From sequence record NC_048182.1: a DNA stretch of 64,000 bases. One strand, written 5' to 3'. Below are positions 55,565 through 64,000 of this stretch, piece by piece. The notes below the pieces were generated by a model, which made no database searches, was not told the DNA's origin, and saw nothing but the letters and a program-made list of their open reading frames with translations. The position numbers and the translations under genes are program-made. The stretch's first letter is position 1. Each line of letters opens with the position of its first letter.

Positions 55565-56155
55565 ATGGCTTCACTTCATTTTTATTACAGCACTATGAAT
55601 GCTGGCAAGTCTTTAGATTTGCTTCGTTCGAACTTCAACTATCTTGAACGCAAAATGAGAACATATGTTCTTAAACCGCAAATAGATAATCGTGAAAGCA
55701 AAGAGGTCATTCGATCACGCTGTGGACTAGAGGTCGAATGCGAACTATTCAAGCAAGATCATGATCTCTTTGCCATGATCTCTGAATACACCGTGCTCAA
55801 TGGTGATGTGCATTGTGTATTTATCGACGAAGGTCAGTTCATGACAGAAGCCCAGGTTATCCAACTGAGCATGGTGGCGGTTAAACTCCATATCCCTGTT
55901 GTGGTGTACGGACTTCGTTCTGACTTCCAAGGTAAACTCTTCCCTGGGTCAGCGGCTCTATTGGTTTGGGCTAACAAACTCAAAGAGCTGAAAACTATTT
56001 GCTGGTGTGGATCTAAGGCCACGATGGTCTTACGTTTAGACTCAGCAGGTAAAGTTGTTCGAATTGGCGAGCAAGTCCAAATCGGTGGTAATGACAGTTA
56101 CGTGTCAGTTTGCACGGAACACTTCATGGATGGTAAAATAGAGTCAGCAAGTTAG
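55565..56155 (+). CDS. tdk: Thymidine kinase
   Basis: STMNAGKS P-loop, FIDEGQF, YGLRSDF, CWCG...QIGGNDSYVSVCTEH zinc site. Confidence 0.95.
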   Translation: MASLHFYYSTMNAGKSLDLLRSNFNYLERKMRTYVLKPQIDNRESKEVIRSRCGLEVECELFKQDHDLFAMISEYTVLNGDVHCVFIDEGQFMTEAQVIQLSMVAVKLHIPVVVYGLRSDFQGKLFPGSAALLVWANKLKELKTICWCGSKATMVLRLDSAGKVVRIGEQVQIGGNDSYVSVCTEHFMDGKIESAS

Positions 56156-56174
56156 TTACATTCAGTTTCAGACA

Positions 56175-56191
56175 TATATTATTTAAGTGTA
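56175..56191 (+). promoter_or_regulatory. phiKZ-like early promoter
   Basis: TATATTAT-N4-GTGTA; flanks nearly identical to the 52166 copy. Confidence 0.7.
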
Positions 56192-56233
56192 AACATAAAC
56201 AAGTTATGCTTAAACCTATATAAGGAATATCCC

Positions 56234-56563
56234 ATGTCTGACTTCGATAACATCGCTGCTGCTTCTCTGTTAGGTGCAATCGCTACCGATAAAGAAACTC
56301 GTCCTGAAGGCTTCCACGTATCTTGCGCTATCGCAGGTGTAGTGGCGGCGGCCGGTCTGGAGCTTCTGTCTCCTACTGGTTCTAAAACTTCTGCTATCGT
56401 AGCAGGGGTTGTTGGTGGTGCTGTAGTTTATGCGTCCAAGGATTATCTGGATGCCGTACCTCAGAACGATCTCATGGGGGCAATCAGTTTTGGCGCTACC
56501 GCTCTCATTTCTATGAAAGCCGGTCGTATCACTGCTGACTACTTCCCAGGCAACATAGAGTAA
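56234..56563 (+). CDS. Gly/Ala-rich membrane protein, glycine-zipper-like (109 aa)
   Basis: AAGGA SD; AIAGVVAAAG, AIVAGVVGGA and GAISFGA segments. Confidence 0.75.
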   Translation: MSDFDNIAAASLLGAIATDKETRPEGFHVSCAIAGVVAAAGLELLSPTGSKTSAIVAGVVGGAVVYASKDYLDAVPQNDLMGAISFGATALISMKAGRITADYFPGNIE

Positions 56564-56568
56564 TGATG

Positions 56569-56620
56569 AACCCACTCCCTAGCGGAGTGGGTTTGTTATG
56601 TTCTTTATTTTTTTATCCTA
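56569..56620 (+). terminator. Intrinsic terminator
   Basis: AACCCACTCC-CTAGC-GGAGTGGGTT plus T-tract. Confidence 0.7.
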
Positions 56621-56684
56621 TGAAGGTAACTCATGGGCTTAGACATTTGTCTTGGCTGACTTCTGTTAATAATGGAAATATAAA

Positions 56685-57530
56685 ATGCGTAAATATCCAA
56701 CTCCTTGGCAATACCTGGTTGATCTCGTTGGTCAAGGCCGACTGAAAGCAGCATATGCCAGCGGTGACGCGAAACAACGCGCTGAGGCCGAAAAGAACTT
56801 CCGCGGCTTAACTGAAGATGAAGTCGTCTTTGAAAAGCTGGTCGATCGTAAAGATGGCAAGCTGGGTTATTCCCTGACTTGTAAAGTTCGTGGTTTCAAA
56901 ATCAAAGAACTGACCTTTGCTACAGGTTCTCTGGCCAAGATGATTCAGCAGAATGCTAATCTGATGGTTCAGCACGAAGACCTGGCAACTTCCCAGATCA
57001 CTGGCTTCTATTTCTGTGAAGACGCCGATCAACTTCATCTTCTGGTTCACCCGAATAGCAATATTCATGAAGCACTGAAAATGACCGGTTATGAATTCCA
57101 ACCGGAACACTACAGCGCTACCATGTATGCTGGTCGTGATGAAATCCTGCAGGCTGATGGTGTTGTAAGTATCGAACACCCAGTTATCGCTGGTCAAATC
57201 TACATCAGCTACGTTCAGCCTACTGGCTCTGCTGAGCAGGAACTGGAAAATGCTGGTTTCGGTGACTTCGGTAAACGTGATGGTCTGGAATCTCTTCAGA
57301 TTAATAACGCTCCTTATTCAGAAACCGCTCCGGTTACTGATCTTACTAAAGGTGGTCAGATTGGTGCTGTTGCTGAACCAACAGCACCGGCTGCTGAAGA
57401 TAAAGTGATTATCCCTTCTGTTGTGAACCCAGTTATCGTTAAAGAAGACGAAACTGCAGTTGAAAGCGAAACTGCTAATGAGCAGCCAGCTGAAGAACCA
57501 GTGGTTCAGATCCAAAAGAAAAAGAAATAA
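56685..57530 (+). CDS. Distant paralogue of the 5119-aa N-terminal domain with acidic low-complexity tail (281 aa)
   Basis: Gapless 62-aa alignment (13 identities) to the 5119-aa N-terminus; matching ADGVVSIEHPVIAGQIY / ESGTVTITDPSIGVGIY. Confidence 0.7.
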   Translation: MRKYPTPWQYLVDLVGQGRLKAAYASGDAKQRAEAEKNFRGLTEDEVVFEKLVDRKDGKLGYSLTCKVRGFKIKELTFATGSLAKMIQQNANLMVQHEDLATSQITGFYFCEDADQLHLLVHPNSNIHEALKMTGYEFQPEHYSATMYAGRDEILQADGVVSIEHPVIAGQIYISYVQPTGSAEQELENAGFGDFGKRDGLESLQINNAPYSETAPVTDLTKGGQIGAVAEPTAPAAEDKVIIPSVVNPVIVKEDETAVESETANEQPAEEPVVQIQKKKK

Positions 57531-57537
57531 TCTAATC

Positions 57538-57563
57538 GCTAAGGTGGGAAATCCCACCTTAGC
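57538..57563 (+). terminator. Hairpin after the 281-aa gene
   Basis: GCTAAGGTGGGA-AA-TCCCACCTTAGC followed by TTTT. Confidence 0.7.
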
Positions 57564-57638
57564 TTTTATGTCGTTCATTCCATTTTAAGTAGATATTATC
57601 TACTTGAGTTAGACCACAAATTTTAATAAGGAGTTATT

Positions 57639-58115
57639 ATGAGTAACGAAGCTATTGCAAAAGAATTAAAAAGAATAGCGGGTAACCTTTGGGATGTTCA
57701 AAGTGACATCATCCGAAAAGCACGTGAAGAGAATAAAGATAAAGAAGCGACACTTAAACTCATTCACGAGTACAACTCTTTAACGGGAGAGGAAAACATT
57801 TTCTTCCGTTGCAATACTACCATAGCTCGCAATCATGATCGCCCTCAATGTGAAAGCACAACGTATCCTGTTGAGGGGATTATGGAATACGATCCAGAAA
57901 TCATTAACGATATCGTGCGTGAACTGCTTCAAGCGGTTAATCAGCAAATCGATTTCGTGGTGATGGGTGGGTTAACCATGTACGATGAAGATATCTCCAG
58001 TCTGTTCAAACAGTACTGGCGTGGCGCTATGGAATCCATGGGTGTCGAAGGCTTCAATGTTGGTCTAGTCATTGTATTGGGCTCCATTCACAAAGTAACT
58101 GTAACGGTGAGCTAA
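57639..58115 (+). CDS. Hypothetical protein (158 aa)
   Basis: AAGGAG SD. Confidence 0.8.
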   Translation: MSNEAIAKELKRIAGNLWDVQSDIIRKAREENKDKEATLKLIHEYNSLTGEENIFFRCNTTIARNHDRPQCESTTYPVEGIMEYDPEIINDIVRELLQAVNQQIDFVVMGGLTMYDEDISSLFKQYWRGAMESMGVEGFNVGLVIVLGSIHKVTVTVS

Positions 58116-58633
58116 TGAACGCCCCAGCTATTGTATATTTATCACGACAAGGTGCATTGCACTTTGATCCAGAATCGGTGGGTAATAAAGAACACGTCGT
58201 TCTGAATAATCCTGATGGTGCTTCGGTAACAGTTCGTTCTATCGGACCGTTGGTTTATGTGGTGCGCTTTGGTGATGAACGTAAAGTTACCTTAGTGGTA
58301 TTCCGTTTGAACCCGTGTTATAAAGCTCGCGCTGTTGTTATTCATGACGTTAAAGATGCGCAGTCTAATCAAGACCTTGCGGTTAATATCTTTAGCCGTA
58401 TGTTGAGCTTTGATAACAACCGTATGGGTAACCGGGATCGTAATACCTTATTACCGATCGTTCGTCAGAGTTGTCCTATTAACTTCTCTGGTAAATTCTG
58501 TTCTCCAACAAAAACGTTGCGTTACCGTTTACGCAATGAACTTCTTACTATTACCGACCCAACCGATCACGAAACAGTTTTACTTCGTACCGGGTATGTC
58601 AAGATGTCACGCTCGATCAAGGATAAACTGTAA
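58115..58633 (+). CDS. Hypothetical protein (172 aa)
   Basis: TAATG coupling on both sides. Confidence 0.75.
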   Translation: MNAPAIVYLSRQGALHFDPESVGNKEHVVLNNPDGASVTVRSIGPLVYVVRFGDERKVTLVVFRLNPCYKARAVVIHDVKDAQSNQDLAVNIFSRMLSFDNNRMGNRDRNTLLPIVRQSCPINFSGKFCSPTKTLRYRLRNELLTITDPTDHETVLLRTGYVKMSRSIKDKL

Positions 58634-59466
58634 TGATTAACCAAATACTTTCCGCACTTCGTATCTCTTTAAAAGAATGTAAGAAATACGAAGATCCAGC
58701 AGAATACATCTATCAGATCAATCAAGTCTTGAATCGTTATAAGACCAATCTGTTTAAGATGATTCCTGATAAGGAACAACTGGCTTATGATCCGAAAGAA
58801 TTGTTTAACATTCAGATCAAAGCTAACTGGCGATGCAGTCCTGACTACAAACGTCGGACCTCTATCCTTGATCACTCTCCAGTAATGTTACACTTTATCG
58901 GATTCCTGCCGATTGTTGGTGTTCGTCTGAATCTGGAAAAGAATGTCAGTAAAGCTATCGACATTAGTGACATCATTGACCTTGATCGTATAAACGGATT
59001 AAAAACCGATTATTATTCTCGTCGTGTAGGGGATGAAGGTTTCTATAATGAGGAAACGATTATGGAAAATACTATCGGGTTTGGTAAAGCTGATAGTTGT
59101 TCCCTGTATTGGACAGCCGATCGCGCCCCTGACGATATCATTGTGTTTAACTTCCAGGTTAATGCAAAAGTCCATGACTCGGTTATTGATAAATATAATC
59201 TTGCTTCTGCGGCAGCCATGGCAATTAAAGATGGAACCCCACGTCAAATGGCGATTCAGAAAGCGTTGGAAGATAAGCTACTGAATAAAGGTACTGGTGC
59301 TCACTATACCGAGATCCATGAAGATCAGCCGATGCCTGTCGGTGGCGCGGTTCGTGACTTCTTTGGGTTAAGCCCTGAAAGTTCCAAAGATCGAAAAACT
59401 GATTTTACTATGAAACCAAAGAAAACCAATGCCGGAGTTCCTCGCAAGAAGCATAACTTCTGGTAA
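58633..59466 (+). CDS. Hypothetical protein (277 aa)
   Basis: Long ORF, TAATG coupling. Confidence 0.8.
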   Translation: MINQILSALRISLKECKKYEDPAEYIYQINQVLNRYKTNLFKMIPDKEQLAYDPKELFNIQIKANWRCSPDYKRRTSILDHSPVMLHFIGFLPIVGVRLNLEKNVSKAIDISDIIDLDRINGLKTDYYSRRVGDEGFYNEETIMENTIGFGKADSCSLYWTADRAPDDIIVFNFQVNAKVHDSVIDKYNLASAAAMAIKDGTPRQMAIQKALEDKLLNKGTGAHYTEIHEDQPMPVGGAVRDFFGLSPESSKDRKTDFTMKPKKTNAGVPRKKHNFW

Positions 59467-59499
59467 GTAATAACAACGGTATCGTTAACACGATAAGGA

Positions 59500-60087
59500 A
59501 TGATCATGGAAAACCTAAACTCTAGAGAGTTTAAAAAGTTAGAACCCGGTTTAGGCTTTTATAACATCGGGGTCCATCCTCACATGGATAACGTTTTAAC
59601 TGTGACGTTAACACCATCCCAAGGAAGAGTGGGTATTCCTGCTGAACGTTGGGCTGGTCATATTTATACTGATAAACTATCTTGCATCCTGACAAGTGCT
59701 GATAAATACGGTGTGTACTTCTCCTACTATTCGATACGTCGAATCAATGAAGGGGAAGATGGAAGTTACTCACTGTACGCAACCTTGGAAGACCTTGGCA
59801 TACATCCGTGTGCTGTTACAAAAGCTGTACTCGATGACTATCTTGTATTGCTTCAGAAATACATCTACACGAAGTTCTTTAAACATGTCTTGTCATTGGG
59901 TAGTCGTGCCCGTAGAGTCGCTCTACGTTGGTTACATGACGTCCAGAGCGGTGATGAGATGTGGCGCATTGATAACCGTTACAAACTTATCCGTGAAGGT
60001 AATTTGTACAACATCTATCTTTGTGATACCCATCGCATGGTGACCCGTTTAGAACCTGAACGCCTAACGGTGAACATGTTCCAATAA
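59500..60087 (+). CDS. Hypothetical protein (195 aa)
   Basis: AAGGA SD. Confidence 0.75.
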   Translation: MIMENLNSREFKKLEPGLGFYNIGVHPHMDNVLTVTLTPSQGRVGIPAERWAGHIYTDKLSCILTSADKYGVYFSYYSIRRINEGEDGSYSLYATLEDLGIHPCAVTKAVLDDYLVLLQKYIYTKFFKHVLSLGSRARRVALRWLHDVQSGDEMWRIDNRYKLIREGNLYNIYLCDTHRMVTRLEPERLTVNMFQ

Positions 60088-60097
60088 GCATAATGAT

Positions 60098-60146
60098 TCC
60101 TACTCTACCCCTGCGGGTAGAGTAGGAGTATCATTTATTTATTTTA
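60098..60146. terminator. Terminator between convergent genes
   Basis: TCCTACTCTACCC-CTGC-GGGTAGAGTAGGA plus T-rich tract. Confidence 0.75.
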
Positions 60147-60779
60147 GCTTTTTGCTTTAACCTGATTTTCCAGTACAGTAATGTACGCTTTCAACTCAGC
60201 ATTTTCAGCCAGAGCTTTCTCTAAGCGTAACAAGTCTGAGGGATCTTCAGTAACTGCTGCAGCACGAGTCTTCTCCCAAGCCAATGACTGTTCAAGAGAA
60301 ACAAACCCACGAGTAGGAATAGTCCCTATTACCGTGGTAGGGTTTTGAATACCCAATGATTTCTTAATGTAGTTATTGAAATGATCAATCGCGGAGTTAA
60401 CACGATCTTTCAAACTTGGTGGAACAGCCCCTAAATCAGAAATGATACAGAAGCGTTCATACGTGACACCATCAACCAGCGGGAACGACGTAATATAGTT
60501 CGTTGGAATATAGACTGGTTTATTATTGCGCGATGTCAGGGTGATGATTAATGCATTAAGCTGAATAGCTTCCGCTAGTTTAGCTTGATAGTCATTTGGG
60601 TCAACACCAACTGGCTCGAATACCATCTTAAAGAGATCAAGCTTAAGCGCTTGCATCTCACCGATAGTACGAACCGCTTCTACCGTAAAGAAAATGTCTT
60701 GCTTTACAACGGTATCAAACGGCGGCTTTGCAGTGAACGATCCCTGAGCATAGACTGCTGGGTTTACGTTTTCACTCAT
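60144..60779 (-). CDS. Probable phiKZ-like virion-associated protein (211 aa)
   Basis: ATGA-coupled to the 445-aa gene; C-terminal coiled coil; family assignment from memory. Confidence 0.55.
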   Translation of the reverse strand: MSENVNPAVYAQGSFTAKPPFDTVVKQDIFFTVEAVRTIGEMQALKLDLFKMVFEPVGVDPNDYQAKLAEAIQLNALIITLTSRNNKPVYIPTNYITSFPLVDGVTYERFCIISDLGAVPPSLKDRVNSAIDHFNNYIKKSLGIQNPTTVIGTIPTRGFVSLEQSLAWEKTRAAAVTEDPSDLLRLEKALAENAELKAYITVLENQVKAKS

Positions 60780-62113
60780 TCAGGGATAACTCCATCTTGC
60801 ACAAATTGATAACGAGTGATCATGGTAATTTTAATCTTACTTGATCGACGCGTAATATAGAGTTTACCGTCACGAACTACACGTTGGATACCTTTAGGAG
60901 GCATGCCGTTTGGTGTAACCACTTCACCTGCTGCGAGCATCTCTTCCAGATCGAAGATAAACTTCGTGGTGTCTTTAGACATCATCCCTGCTTGGGAATC
61001 GGTAGAAGGAATCAGCTGATAGTCGGGGAATACCTGACTAATATGCCAGAGGTTATTATGGTTCTTAGGCTTTCCTACAAAACCCATTTTAGCGGATTTG
61101 TACAGATGAGGTACAATCTGCAAGGATTCTATGACCTGAGCCTCTCCCCACAACGAACCGTACGCTGTTGGTAAGTCAGTACCACCCTTATAAGTAAAGA
61201 TTGGGGTGTACGTTGAACCCACCACAGTTTCATTAACCAGACCCAGTTCATTCCAATAAGGAATGACACAGAACTCCAATGGGTTAAAGAGATCAGGAAT
61301 AATGTCAGACCATTTCTCTTCGTTATATTTGGAGTGATCAAGAATACACTTCTTGATAGCCTCGTAAGTTTCTTCTTCAGCGTCGTTAGGGTTGCCGTAA
61401 TAGATGACAGTCCAGAACCCCATGTTCTTTTGAGGAACGTTAATGAGATCGTAGATATCGAAGCCCATTACAATGCGCTCGGTATACGGCTCGTAAAGTC
61501 CCTTCCCGCCTAATACTGCATCAACACGGTCTTGAACTTTATCCGTAGTTTCAGCTGCTAACCGATCACGCACTTGTTTATAGTTGTTGTCGGCCAGGTA
61601 GTCAATGTCAGCAATCGGAATTGGATGCACAACATAAATTTCACGATACGGGAATTCAACCGCAAAGAAATCATTGGCAAACCAAATCTTGAATTCGTGA
61701 GCAACCCCACCGACTGTATAAACGAAGTTAATAGAAGACGGTAACCAAATGTCATTATTCGTGACCATTTCGTTAACGCCTTTCCATTCCCACCCATTCG
61801 TATATTGAGCCTTTAGTAGCTGAAGGCATCCTTGCGGAGAGTCGGTGGTTTTCTTGCCTTTAGCCTGCTCGAACAACCATGCCATCATATCAATGATTGG
61901 ATCATAGTGTGTTTTGGGAACTTGCTCGTACATGGATGTATCAGATACACCGCGGAAACCAACTAGTCCAACGGGTTTTCCATCCTTGAAGTAAAAGTCA
62001 GGCTCCTTGGAATAGGAGACGGATTTGGTGCTTAATTCCCCCAATGGTGAAGTTGACCCATTGATGACCAAGTCCTTGATAACACAAAAACAACTGTAGA
62101 GGTTTGTTGACAT
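60776..62113 (-). CDS. Probable phiKZ-like virion structural protein (445 aa)
   Basis: N-terminal PLGELSTKSVSYSKE and internal FKIWF..F..EFP recall conserved phiKZ-like virion proteins; adjacent to an RNase H-like gene. Confidence 0.6.
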   Translation of the reverse strand: MSTNLYSCFCVIKDLVINGSTSPLGELSTKSVSYSKEPDFYFKDGKPVGLVGFRGVSDTSMYEQVPKTHYDPIIDMMAWLFEQAKGKKTTDSPQGCLQLLKAQYTNGWEWKGVNEMVTNNDIWLPSSINFVYTVGGVAHEFKIWFANDFFAVEFPYREIYVVHPIPIADIDYLADNNYKQVRDRLAAETTDKVQDRVDAVLGGKGLYEPYTERIVMGFDIYDLINVPQKNMGFWTVIYYGNPNDAEEETYEAIKKCILDHSKYNEEKWSDIIPDLFNPLEFCVIPYWNELGLVNETVVGSTYTPIFTYKGGTDLPTAYGSLWGEAQVIESLQIVPHLYKSAKMGFVGKPKNHNNLWHISQVFPDYQLIPSTDSQAGMMSKDTTKFIFDLEEMLAAGEVVTPNGMPPKGIQRVVRDGKLYITRRSSKIKITMITRYQFVQDGVIPE

Positions 62114-62165
62114 ATTGCAACCTTTAGGCTATAATGAACTATTACAGAATGCGGTGGACACAGAG

Positions 62166-62585
62166 ATGAACGTATTTTTACAGGAGCTAATTGATAGGTT
62201 AATAAATTACCTAGTTAGGATCTCCAAAGGTGATACCTACGAAGAGAAGATCGAACAGCTTCTGAGAAAGACGCTCGTAATCACTTTCTTCACTATATTA
62301 CTGACAGCTACGATGACTTCCAAGTACTTGGTATCAAGCTGGTACTTGCAAGACCTTGAAAGGGCTATCACCAAAATTGATCAATTCATGGGCACTCAGT
62401 CCAATCAGATCAACCAGCTGTTCAAGATAAACAATGATTACATGGGAAGGCTTCAGAACTTCAGAGAAGCCACTGACGAAATGTTAGGCGACATGCGTTC
62501 CCTTGATCAAGAAAATCAGGAATTAAAGAAAGAGAACAAGGAACTTCAAGATAAGCTCGACAAGAAAAGGAATATCAAAAAGTAA
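62166..62585 (+). CDS. Single-TM protein with long coiled coil
   Basis: TM TLVITFFTILLTATMT then heptad-rich C-terminus; likely start ATG 62166. Confidence 0.65.
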   Translation: MNVFLQELIDRLINYLVRISKGDTYEEKIEQLLRKTLVITFFTILLTATMTSKYLVSSWYLQDLERAITKIDQFMGTQSNQINQLFKINNDYMGRLQNFREATDEMLGDMRSLDQENQELKKENKELQDKLDKKRNIKK

Positions 62586-62639
62586 TTTAAGACAAGGATG
62601 TCTATCAGTTGTTACATAACAATAAGTCAGGAACAAATA

Positions 62640-64000
62640 ATGAACATTGTTTATTACATAGTGAGTTCGTTTCTCAAAGATAAGGAGATAGGAGTATCTG
62701 GAGGACACGGATATTCATATGACCCGACAAATGAGAGCAAACGTAAGCTGAGTAAAGATGTGCCTTCTGTGTACGGTTACTTTGTAAACGGTAACTATCA
62801 AAGTATCGCAGTGGATATGGTTGACATCTATAACGGCCGTGTTCTGCGACGACCTAATGAAACAGAAGCATTCCTTCTTCATTTAGAAGCCATTATCAAT
62901 GAGTGGCTGAAAGATAAGAAGGATAATGAAAAGTTGTTGGTTATTACAAACAGTGTCAAAGGACACAAGATGTTAACTAACAACAAGCACCCTGACAGTC
63001 TGAATGCGGAAGTATTCAAACGTGTGCACAGCCTCTGGAAAGAACATGAGAAAAACATCATCATTGATGTTGAGTATTATGCCAAAGGCGGCGAAGGTCC
63101 TAAAGTTGCACATAAGCAGATGGAAATGGCAATAGCACTTTGCAGTTTGCCAGGCTCTGAAGACATCGTTCTCGACAAGATGGACCTAAAGGCATATAAG
63201 GATCCCGAGATCGATTTCAATCGATTAGTCACTGCTTCTCGCTGGTACTTCAATACCGGTGATAAGTCTGACTTCTTCGATGTGGATGAGTTTGGTTACC
63301 GCAAATATACGTTCGGTCGGGTCGACCCTGACAAGAACTATTACGGCAAAGCAACTCCTGACGTTTATTATTCGGCACTGTATACCAAAACTCCTATTGA
63401 TATACTGGATAAGCTATTCCTGTTCTGTCAAAAGAACAAGCCCAATCCATACAACATTATGAGCGCTGGTAATCTCAACCATATCAAGTCTAAAGAAGTG
63501 GCGCGCATCATCGACACACTTCCTGGTACCTTTACCAAGACCGAACTGGTTGCACCGATGACAATCGGCAGTACTGAAAATGCGGCATTGGTTGAGTTTA
63601 TCGATCCACCTGGGTTATCGTACCGTATCCGTGACTTCCACGCGAAGCTGAACTTTATTCATACTTTCTTCCGTAAGCGGGATGAGAAAGGTGAGTATAA
63701 GAAAAACAAGTTTGTGGACATTACTGATCTGTTCTTTACCAGAGACCCGAAAGGTAAACTTAAAATCCATCCTGACTTTACCAACAACACCTTAAAGATG
63801 CAGGTCCCTATTGAAGCTCCCAATTGCGTGAAGCCTGTTGTCATTAACTTGTCTATCAAGTATGACACTCCTGAACGTAATGCTTTGAACTCTCTGATAG
63901 CCAACAAGGTAGAAGATGTCAAAGTGTATTTGGCGCTGGACTTCAATAATGACTCTGGTGTGAGTTATTGTACTATTGTCAGCACTCCTGACTTTGACTA
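62640..64000 (+). CDS. Putative RNase H-like protein of the phiKZ type, truncated by the window end (not in the track)
   Basis: Open frame from ATG 62640 (or 62598) to the window edge: MNIVYYIVSS..GGHGYSY..EAF..RWYF..YGK..D..Y; position beside virion genes. Confidence 0.55.
   Translation, partial: MNIVYYIVSSFLKDKEIGVSGGHGYSYDPTNESKRKLSKDVPSVYGYFVNGNYQSIAVDMVDIYNGRVLRRPNETEAFLLHLEAIINEWLKDKKDNEKLLVITNSVKGHKMLTNNKHPDSLNAEVFKRVHSLWKEHEKNIIIDVEYYAKGGEGPKVAHKQMEMAIALCSLPGSEDIVLDKMDLKAYKDPEIDFNRLVTASRWYFNTGDKSDFFDVDEFGYRKYTFGRVDPDKNYYGKATPDVYYSALYTKTPIDILDKLFLFCQKNKPNPYNIMSAGNLNHIKSKEVARIIDTLPGTFTKTELVAPMTIGSTENAALVEFIDPPGLSYRIRDFHAKLNFIHTFFRKRDEKGEYKKNKFVDITDLFFTRDPKGKLKIHPDFTNNTLKMQVPIEAPNCVKPVVINLSIKYDTPERNALNSLIANKVEDVKVYLALDFNNDSGVSYCTIVSTPDFD

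Noticed and set aside
56563-56745. 60-aa ORF spanning the terminator
   Set aside because: Runs through the hairpin and T-tract and overlaps the better-supported 281-aa gene
62115-62165. Track start of the TM coiled-coil gene at 62115
   Set aside because: Leaves one base between divergent genes; ATG 62166 is more plausible
1-64000. CRISPR array, tRNA or rRNA genes, transposase, integrase
   Set aside because: No evenly spaced identical repeats, cloverleaf boxes or recombinase/transposase motifs seen by eye; a tRNAscan or CRISPR finder run would settle it

Overview
64-kb segment of a phiKZ-like (Chimalliviridae-type) jumbo phage, probably infecting an enterobacterial host. The assignment rests on TATATTAC-type early promoter motifs, a phage GroEL-like chaperonin, a phiKZ-like virion-gene/RNase H-like cluster and an NrdB very close to the enterobacterial enzyme. 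Layout: (1) 1-6.3 kb, small + strand hypothetical genes including a kinase-fold protein and a lipoprotein; (2) 6.4-36.5 kb, a - strand block of beta-rich, Ig-like repeat genes (1488, 5119, 3124 and 223 aa); (3) nrdB; (4) 37.9-60 kb, + strand cassettes of small, often membrane or exported genes mixed with thyA, folA, tdk, a HAD hydrolase, a metallophosphoesterase, a GNAT fusion and groEL; (5) virion genes and a partial RNase H-like gene. Main hypothesis: the fibre genes are split exactly inside their repeat domains, so the C-terminal strand of one protein matches the strand missing from the N-terminus of the next. The 223-aa protein appears to complement itself, which suggests a head-to-tail polymerising fibre. 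The N-terminal domain of the 5119-aa protein has two further paralogues in the window. All alignments were made by eye; no database searches were run.
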